From Candidatus Melainabacteria bacterium 17Bon1m (GTDB lineage Bacteria; Cyanobacteriota; Vampirovibrionia; Obscuribacterales; Obscuribacteraceae), in the NCBI GenBank assembly GCA_032128875.1, contig JAVLKG010000006.1:32001-96000 (forward strand): a stretch of 64,000 bases of DNA, in the 5' to 3' direction. Positions 57,707 through 64,000 of the stretch are shown here, piece after piece (within the stretch, counting starts at the first letter, position 1; each line of letters starts with the position of its first letter). Position numbers and translations under genes: made by a program. The notes beneath the pieces are model-generated. The model saw nothing but the letters and a program-made list of their open reading frames with translations. It did not search any database and was not told where the DNA came from.

Positions 57707-58758
57707 GTCGTAGCCGGCACCATATTCGGAGTCACAGTGGTTGTGTTGACTGCATGTTCTACCAGAGTGATTACTGGTGAAGTCATAGTCAACTCGTCTA
57801 CTGTAATACCGTTTACGGTGTCGAGCGGATAACCTAGGCAGATTTTAGCTGTCTCGCGAAAACGTGATGGATCGCCAGTTGTATATATGTGCGAGCGAGA
57901 AATTTTTGCGTGTGCGTTCGTATATGTAGAAGATTTTTCTTCGATATTCGCCGCATCTAAATGAGCCGCCGCTTGCGGATTTGCAGAGGCAATCGATTTT
58001 GCAATCGAGTTGGCGAGTAGAACTGCTGGATCTATTAACTGAATTCTGTCTTGCAATAAGCGTGTAAGAGCTGCATCAACAAAAGGAAAATGGGTGCAAC
58101 CAAGGATGACTGCCTCGGTGTTCTCTTTCAAAAGTTTGTCTGCGTATTTTTTCAACACCGCATCCATTTCTTTTGACTCGCTCAAACCACGCTCGATTAG
58201 CGGCACGAGATCAGGGCAGGCAATTTCAGTGACGCGTTTATGCGAATCTCTTTCGTGAATAGCTTTTGAAAAGGCTTTGCGTTTTACAGTCGTCGATGTC
58301 GCAATCACACCGATTCGGTCGAATTTGGACGCAACCAAATCCGCTGTCACCCCGATCAAATCGATAACAGGAACATTGGCCGTCTTGCGGACTTCATCGC
58401 CGGCTACGGCCGCGCTGGTGTTGCAGGCAATGACGATGGAATCGACTGTTTGATTGGATATCCAGTGGACTATTTGCGATACGAAATGTGATATTTCGCC
58501 TGCGGAACGGTCACCATATGGGCATCTGGCCGTATCGCCCACATAGACGAAGGAGTGGGCGCTGGCGCCGAGACGATGTGAAAGTTGGCGAAGAACGGAT
58601 AATCCACCGAGCCCTGAATCAAAAAGACCGATCCGGGCGCCCTGCCCAATCGCGTCTCCATCTGCCTGATGATTTTGTTTAACTGACAAGTCCGGCCTCT
58701 GGTACCCTTTGAAACTTTCAAAAGCAAGTTTCGACCCAACATTATGATTCTCAACCAA
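57703..58758 (-). CDS. murI: Glutamate racemase
   Basis: FDSGLGGLSV, PYG, IACNTS, LGCTHFP. Confidence 0.95.
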   Translation of the reverse strand: MVENHNVGSKLAFESFKGYQRPDLSVKQNHQADGDAIGQGARIGLFDSGLGGLSVLRQLSHRLGASAHSFVYVGDTARCPYGDRSAGEISHFVSQIVHWISNQTVDSIVIACNTSAAVAGDEVRKTANVPVIDLIGVTADLVASKFDRIGVIATSTTVKRKAFSKAIHERDSHKRVTEIACPDLVPLIERGLSESKEMDAVLKKYADKLLKENTEAVILGCTHFPFVDAALTRLLQDRIQLIDPAVLLANSIAKSIASANPQAAAHLDAANIEEKSSTYTNAHAKISRSHIYTTGDPSRFRETAKICLGYPLDTVNGITVDELTMTSPVITLVEHAVNTTTVTPNMVPATT

Positions 58759-58864
58759 AGCTCTTAGACTATGGTTGGCACAAGTTTATGTTTTTGTTTT
58801 ATTCACTTTAACTTTCCAAGGGACCGTTTTAGGAGGGCAAAGTTCCCCTTAGAAAAGTCTCTGT

Positions 58865-60922
58865 CTAGAAGGATGACTTAACGGATTTGCCAGCCAGTTC
58901 TTGCTTTTCGGTCAGAAACTGGGTTATGCCGGCCGAAACGGAGTCGGCGATCTTCGCCTGGTAGTCTGCCGAGCCAAGATTGTCTCTTTCTTGCGGATTC
59001 GAGATGAAACCCACTTCAGCCAGGATTGCCGGAACTGGGGTGTGGTTGATCACGTAAAAACGAGCTTTTCTAACAGAGCGGTCCGGAACGCCCAGCCCCT
59101 GGACCAATTGCTGGTGGATGGCGTTTGCCAGCGCGCGACTTTGCTCGGTTTGATAATAGGTTTCTATCCCGTAAATGTTCGATGTGCTTTCCAGAGCATT
59201 TATATGAATGCTAACGAACAAATCAGGCTGCTTTTCGTTGGTGATTTTTACGCGGTCTTCTAATGAGACGAAAGTATCGTCGGTGCGCGTCATAACGACT
59301 CTTGCACCCATTTGTGTCAGTCGTTTTTTTAGCTGATTGGTGATTTGAAGTGTCAGATCCTTCTCTGAAACGCCGGACCTTTGAGCGCCGGGATCGCTTC
59401 CGCCGTGCCCCGCATCCAGAACGATCAGTTTGTCTTTTACTAAGCCGGCCTTCAAACCGACCGGCAGAGGAGAGCTCGAAGATGGTCTGATTTTGAGGCT
59501 CAATCCCATACCGTTTTCGACTAAATCGTCTGCCACATCGACAGTATTGTCTTTGAGATCTAGGACGAGTCTATGCGTCAAACCCGTGTCGTCCGGTGTT
59601 CCTGTTCGCATTCCTTTGAGAAGCAGCTCGTCTGCCAGTGACGGCAGTTGCGCTGTTTGAAGCGCAGGCAGTCCGTCAAAATCAATCACGTAACGTTCCG
59701 GCTCGTGTAGTCGGAAAATTTTGTAATTCAGCTTTTTGTCCGCTTTCACTAAAACATCAGTGGCACCGTTGTCTCTTAATTGATCGACATCGTTAACTGT
59801 TACTGTGACTTGTCCTGCATCGCGCATCTCATTTGAAACTTCTGTGTCTGGCGCAGCGGAAGCATATTCAGTTTTGGAATTAGGATCGAAAGAAGGTGCA
59901 GGTTTTACTGAATTACTCTTGTTGGCTGATTCGCTGGAAGTTTCGCTTGTACGGGAAGACGGGAAATTCAGCTTCAACCAGCGTGCAACCGCGGATGGTG
60001 GCTTTTGCCCACCTTTTTCTTCATTGAATTTGGGCTCTTCAATGGCAGAATTTTGAGGGACAGTTGCACCCGTAGATTTGTAGAGGACTTCTCCCGGCGT
60101 CTTTGTTTGACGTTTTGCTTCCCAAATGCCAGATGGAGAGCTATTTGGCGCTATCCATTTTTTGTTTTCAGGATCTTGCATATCAGGCAGTTTTTGCGCC
60201 TTGATCTCTGGAGCTGCTAAGGGTTTTTTGACGCTTCTTACAGACACATCCTTGGCTGGTTTGGCACCAATAGTAGTGCTGTAGGTGGAAACCTGTTCTT
60301 GCGCCTTGCGGTAATCGGGAGCAACCGGAGCTACTGCAATCGGTTCCTGAGAGGCGCTCAGCGGCAAGTTTTTTATGCGCTTATTCGTATTATCTGCCGC
60401 TTTGTTTGATTGCAGAGCATGGTTGCCCGTTGCATTAGGGTGAGTGGCTTGAGCCGGAGCGCCTGGAGTCCACTTCATTATTAAAGCGCCGGGACGGGCA
60501 TGGAAAGCAATCGTGCGAAACGCCTTGGCGTTGAATGCTCCAATTGAAATTCTCATTGTGGGCGGCTGGCTGCTGAACTGCCCGATGCGAATTTCCTGAA
60601 TGCCGTTTTGTCTCCAGGCATCAAGAGCGAGATTTTCTGGTTTCAATAGATGGGTGGCCAGCTGATAAGAAACACCTTCGAAATCAGCCACCAATAAAGT
60701 TTTTCCATCCGGACCAGGAAGATATTGGATCTGCGGCGCCGGCAGAGGATTTTTTGAGTTGGTGGAAATAGTTATCGAGCCGTGAGCAAGATCCGGAGCA
60801 ACCGAAACTACTTTGTCAGCGGCAGAGACAGGAAATGTCTGCCCGTAGGTAAGCGGGCAAGCGATAGTCAACAAGGATGAGAGAGTCAGGAAACAGGCAT
60901 GAGCACCAGATTTCCAGGACAT
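58865..60922 (-). CDS. amiC: N-acetylmuramoyl-L-alanine amidase with AMIN domain(s), AmiC-like
   Basis: Signal peptide; AMIN-like PERYVIDF; LDAGHGG.DPGA, EK, SIHIN, PAILAEVGFISN. Confidence 0.88.
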   Translation of the reverse strand: MSWKSGAHACFLTLSSLLTIACPLTYGQTFPVSAADKVVSVAPDLAHGSITISTNSKNPLPAPQIQYLPGPDGKTLLVADFEGVSYQLATHLLKPENLALDAWRQNGIQEIRIGQFSSQPPTMRISIGAFNAKAFRTIAFHARPGALIMKWTPGAPAQATHPNATGNHALQSNKAADNTNKRIKNLPLSASQEPIAVAPVAPDYRKAQEQVSTYSTTIGAKPAKDVSVRSVKKPLAAPEIKAQKLPDMQDPENKKWIAPNSSPSGIWEAKRQTKTPGEVLYKSTGATVPQNSAIEEPKFNEEKGGQKPPSAVARWLKLNFPSSRTSETSSESANKSNSVKPAPSFDPNSKTEYASAAPDTEVSNEMRDAGQVTVTVNDVDQLRDNGATDVLVKADKKLNYKIFRLHEPERYVIDFDGLPALQTAQLPSLADELLLKGMRTGTPDDTGLTHRLVLDLKDNTVDVADDLVENGMGLSLKIRPSSSSPLPVGLKAGLVKDKLIVLDAGHGGSDPGAQRSGVSEKDLTLQITNQLKKRLTQMGARVVMTRTDDTFVSLEDRVKITNEKQPDLFVSIHINALESTSNIYGIETYYQTEQSRALANAIHQQLVQGLGVPDRSVRKARFYVINHTPVPAILAEVGFISNPQERDNLGSADYQAKIADSVSAGITQFLTEKQELAGKSVKSSF

Positions 60923-61337
60923 GAGACCACCTTAACTATTGACCTTCAGGTCATGATAACACGTCATTCTGCTGTTCGTGGTGGCATTTTGTATGTCGCT
61001 TGAGACGGTGATTAAATGAAGCCCTATATTCGCTTGATATCAGTGTGCCACCACATGTGAGGCACAAATAAAATTGAGCTTTCCTCATGTGGGCCGTCGT
61101 TTGCTCTTAACCTGATAAATTAAATTCCGTAGTTTCGAGTGCAGTCGCTTTATTTCATACCCCCAGCGATCTGCCAGTCAGGATGCGAATCTCACCAGCA
61201 AAATTTGTTGCCAAGATCCGCTTTCCCGAATCTGCATAACTGACCAGAATCTATTCGACCGAGTTTCGGTCCGACTATTAGTCAAGCGGTTCAGTGTTTT
61301 TTACAAACAAATCAGCTTCTAAAGGGAGTTTTCCAAA

Positions 61338-63437
61338 ATGGATGTCAACCTGCTCGCGGTCCTAGGATGTGGCGCAGCGGCAATTCTTTATGTGATTGTC
61401 GTTGGAAGTTACGTGCTCGGTCTTAGCCCCGGTAACGAAAGAATGCAGGAGATTGCTGCTGCAATCGAGCAGGGCGCAAATGCATTCATGAAACGCCAAT
61501 ACACGTCAGTTGCCTTGGTCGGTGTCGGACTATTCATCATCATCGGATCGCTTCTTCCGAAAGACGGATGGGTGACTGCTGCAGGTTTCGCCGTTGGAGC
61601 CACGTTGAGTTCGCTGGCTGGAATCTTTGGGATGAAAGTTTCCGTTAAGGCAAACGTGCGCACTGCCGAAGCTGCCCGCGGCGGTTTGGCTAAAGCGCTG
61701 GACGTCGCCTTCAAAGGCGGGTCTGTGACAGGTCTACTGGTTGTCGGTCTCGGTCTCATCGGTGTTGCCGGCTTCTACATGGCAACGAAGAACGTCAATG
61801 CTCTGGTTGGCTTGGGCTTCGGCGCCAGTTTGGTTTCAGTATTCGCCCGTCTGGGCGGTGGTATCTACACCAAAGCAGCCGACGTCGGCGCTGACCTTGT
61901 AGGAAAAGTTGAAGCCGGAATCCCTGAGGACGACCCGCGTAACCCTGCTGTTATCGCTGATAACGTAGGCGACAACGTCGGTGACTGCGCAGGTATGGCC
62001 GCTGACCTTTTCGAAACATACGCCGTTACAGCTGTTGCCACTATGCTTCTGGCATCGCAACAGTTCAAAGAGCAAATCGCTGCAGGCAGAGGAGAAATTC
62101 TCTACTATCCGCTCATCCTCGGCGGCGCTTCTATCATTACTTCAATCGTAGGTTGTTTCTTCGTTCGTCTCGGCAAGAAGAACAACATCATGGGTGCTTT
62201 GTATAACGGTCTTGTCTGGTCGGCAATTCTTGCCGGTGTCGCATTCTGGTTCGTCACCGACAAATATATGGGCGGACTGCAGTACACGACCCTCAGTCTC
62301 TGGTCGGCTGCAATGGTCGGCTTGGTTGTAACCGGTGCAATCGTTGTTATCACCGAGTATTACACCTCTACTTCGTTCGGTCCGGTTAAGTACATCGCAA
62401 AAGCTTCCGAAACTGGAAGTGCAACAAACATCATCGCCGGTCTTGCAGTTTCGCTGAAAGCAACTGCATTCCCTGTAATAGCGATCGTTATCGGTATCAT
62501 CGTTTCGTTTGCACTTTGCGGTGTGTTTGGTGTCGCCCTGGCTGCAATGTCCATGCTTTCAATGGCAGGCATCATCGTCGCTATCGACTCTTACGGACCA
62601 ATTACAGATAACGCCGGCGGTATCGCAGAAATGGCTGAACTTCCCAAAGAAGTTCGCGAAGTCACCGATCCGCTTGATGCCGTGGGTAATACCACTAAAG
62701 CTGTGACCAAAGGCTATGCAATCGGCTCTGCCGGACTTGCTGCTCTCGTGCTCTTCAGCTCATACACTGAAGAATTGAACATGGCATTGCAGAATGCAGC
62801 GTTGGCGGCTGGAAAAACAGCAGCCGAAGCTAATGTCATTCACTTTGATTTGTCCAACCCTTATGTTGTTTCCGGTTTGTTCCTCGGCGGTCTCATTCCA
62901 TTCTTGTTCGCTGCAATGGCTATGGAAGCTGTTGGTCATGCAGGCGGAATGGTTGTAACCGAAGTTCGCCGTCAGTTTAAAGAACGCCCGGGCATCATGG
63001 ATGGTACCGCTAAGCCTGACTATGCTGCCTGCGTAGACATCGTAACCAAGGAAGCTATCCGTCAAATGATTGTTCCTTCGCTCCTTCCAGTGTTGACTCC
63101 TGTAGTCATCGCTGTCTTAGGCGCTTGCTTCTTGAATGATGCTCTGCCTGGTGAATACGCTGCTGCCAAACTTCTTGGCGGAGTACTGGTTGGCAGTATC
63201 GTTACGGGTCTCTTCGTTGCAATCTCGATGACATCGGGTGGTGGCGCATGGGATAACGCCAAGAAATACATTGAAGAAGGCAACCATGGCGGCAAAGGTT
63301 CTGAAGCTCACAAAGCCGCAGTTACCGGCGATACCGTCGGCGATCCTTACAAAGATACCGCCGGTCCCGCTATCAACCCGATGATCAAGATTTTGAACAT
63401 CGTTGCTCTCCTCATGGTGGCATTCCTCGTTCAGTAA
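61338..63437 (+). CDS. hppA: Membrane-bound H+-translocating pyrophosphatase
   Basis: [48 protein letters not shown]. Confidence 0.97.
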   Translation: MDVNLLAVLGCGAAAILYVIVVGSYVLGLSPGNERMQEIAAAIEQGANAFMKRQYTSVALVGVGLFIIIGSLLPKDGWVTAAGFAVGATLSSLAGIFGMKVSVKANVRTAEAARGGLAKALDVAFKGGSVTGLLVVGLGLIGVAGFYMATKNVNALVGLGFGASLVSVFARLGGGIYTKAADVGADLVGKVEAGIPEDDPRNPAVIADNVGDNVGDCAGMAADLFETYAVTAVATMLLASQQFKEQIAAGRGEILYYPLILGGASIITSIVGCFFVRLGKKNNIMGALYNGLVWSAILAGVAFWFVTDKYMGGLQYTTLSLWSAAMVGLVVTGAIVVITEYYTSTSFGPVKYIAKASETGSATNIIAGLAVSLKATAFPVIAIVIGIIVSFALCGVFGVALAAMSMLSMAGIIVAIDSYGPITDNAGGIAEMAELPKEVREVTDPLDAVGNTTKAVTKGYAIGSAGLAALVLFSSYTEELNMALQNAALAAGKTAAEANVIHFDLSNPYVVSGLFLGGLIPFLFAAMAMEAVGHAGGMVVTEVRRQFKERPGIMDGTAKPDYAACVDIVTKEAIRQMIVPSLLPVLTPVVIAVLGACFLNDALPGEYAAAKLLGGVLVGSIVTGLFVAISMTSGGGAWDNAKKYIEEGNHGGKGSEAHKAAVTGDTVGDPYKDTAGPAINPMIKILNIVALLMVAFLVQ

Positions 63438-63445
63438 ACGGCTAA

Positions 63446-63880
63446 ATGAGCCAAATCCGCATCGCAAACAAACAGGATGAAACGCACATTCGTGCGCTCG
63501 CAAAGGACGCCCTGGCGAGTATCTCGCAAGAGATCGACCTGAATGGGAACGATGCGGATTTGAAGAATGTCGAATGGAGCTACTTCGCTCACGACGGGAT
63601 TTTCCTCGTGTTGGAAGTGAACGGCAAAATTGCAGGATATGCGGGCGCCGCAAAATTGTCTGATGATGCAATTGAGCTGAAGCGCTTGTTTGTTCAGCCT
63701 GATTCCGCCGCCAGTCTAGAAGGCTTGCTGGATATGCTGATCGATTTTGCTCGCAAAATGGACTATCGAATTCTGGTGTGTGCAGATGGTGCAGCTGCTT
63801 TCGCTCCAGCCAAAATGCTTTCTACAAAGAAGTTCGAGAATAAGGACGGGCGCCTTGTTCTAAACGTGTGGAGTGCTTAG
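63446..63880 (+). CDS. GNAT-fold acetyltransferase (degenerate)
   Basis: IRIA...D, FLVLE..GKIAG, ELKRLFV.P. Confidence 0.75.
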   Translation: MSQIRIANKQDETHIRALAKDALASISQEIDLNGNDADLKNVEWSYFAHDGIFLVLEVNGKIAGYAGAAKLSDDAIELKRLFVQPDSAASLEGLLDMLIDFARKMDYRILVCADGAAAFAPAKMLSTKKFENKDGRLVLNVWSA

Positions 63881-63908
63881 AAATTAAAGCGTTATCGCTT
63901 TAATTAAT
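63879..63908. repeat. Dispersed 30-bp palindrome, copy 3
   Basis: AGAAATTAAAGCG-TTAT-CGCTTTAATTAAT; overlaps the GNAT stop codon. Confidence 0.85.
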
Positions 63909-63975
63909 GAGTGACTAACAACTTGCGGCGCAGCCAGCAAGTCAAGCGAAATTTCCGATCTTAGTGCTTGTTCGT

Positions 63976-64000
63976 GGAAGTTTAAGCGTTAACGCTTTAA
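63976..64000. repeat. Dispersed 30-bp palindrome, copy 4 (cut by window edge)
   Basis: GGAAGTTTAAGCG-TTAA-CGCTTTAA. Confidence 0.8.

Noticed and set aside
63879-64000. Canonical CRISPR array
   Set aside because: Only two degenerate repeats with a 67-nt spacer, the same motif is dispersed elsewhere, and there are no cas genes

Overview
64 kb of bacterial chromosome, about 50% GC, made up mostly of core genes. I found no rRNA, tRNA, CRISPR array, transposase or prophage. Several genes are of cyanobacterial type (Hfq, MgdA-like glucolipid synthase, amiC-murI linkage, BtpA family, small HNH nuclease, PilQ-like secretin). There are no photosystem genes, and the window has Kdo/heptose LPS genes and several Zn-ribbon Ser/Thr kinases. 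Together these point, by inference, to a non-photosynthetic cyanobacterial relative (Vampirovibrionia/Melainabacteria, Obscuribacterales-like). Content in order: rpsB-tsf-pyrH-frr; HNH and priA; waaA-lpxK-GT9; gyrB-pgsA; ribF-recF; a Ser/Thr kinase; a kynurenine/aminomuconate plus lysine catabolic cluster; M20 peptidase; DUF2867 reductase, SOUL protein and SDR; fused biotin carboxylase-BCCP with ispF; three GT2 enzymes around a TPR gene; hfq-mreBCD-mrdA followed by coiled-coil, LRR and SAF genes; secretin plus TPR; hemW; two more kinases; amiC-murI-udg; a K+-independent H+-PPase. The most notable unannotated signals are (i) a dispersed 30-bp palindrome (4 copies, with compensatory substitutions) found at gene 3' ends, (ii) a second, GTAG-REP-like palindrome family, (iii) a highly structured ~270-nt rpsB leader, and (iv) an atypical SDR that may fill the uncharacterised step from 2-aminomuconate to 2-oxoadipate. 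All functional calls come from motif recognition by eye; no searches were run.
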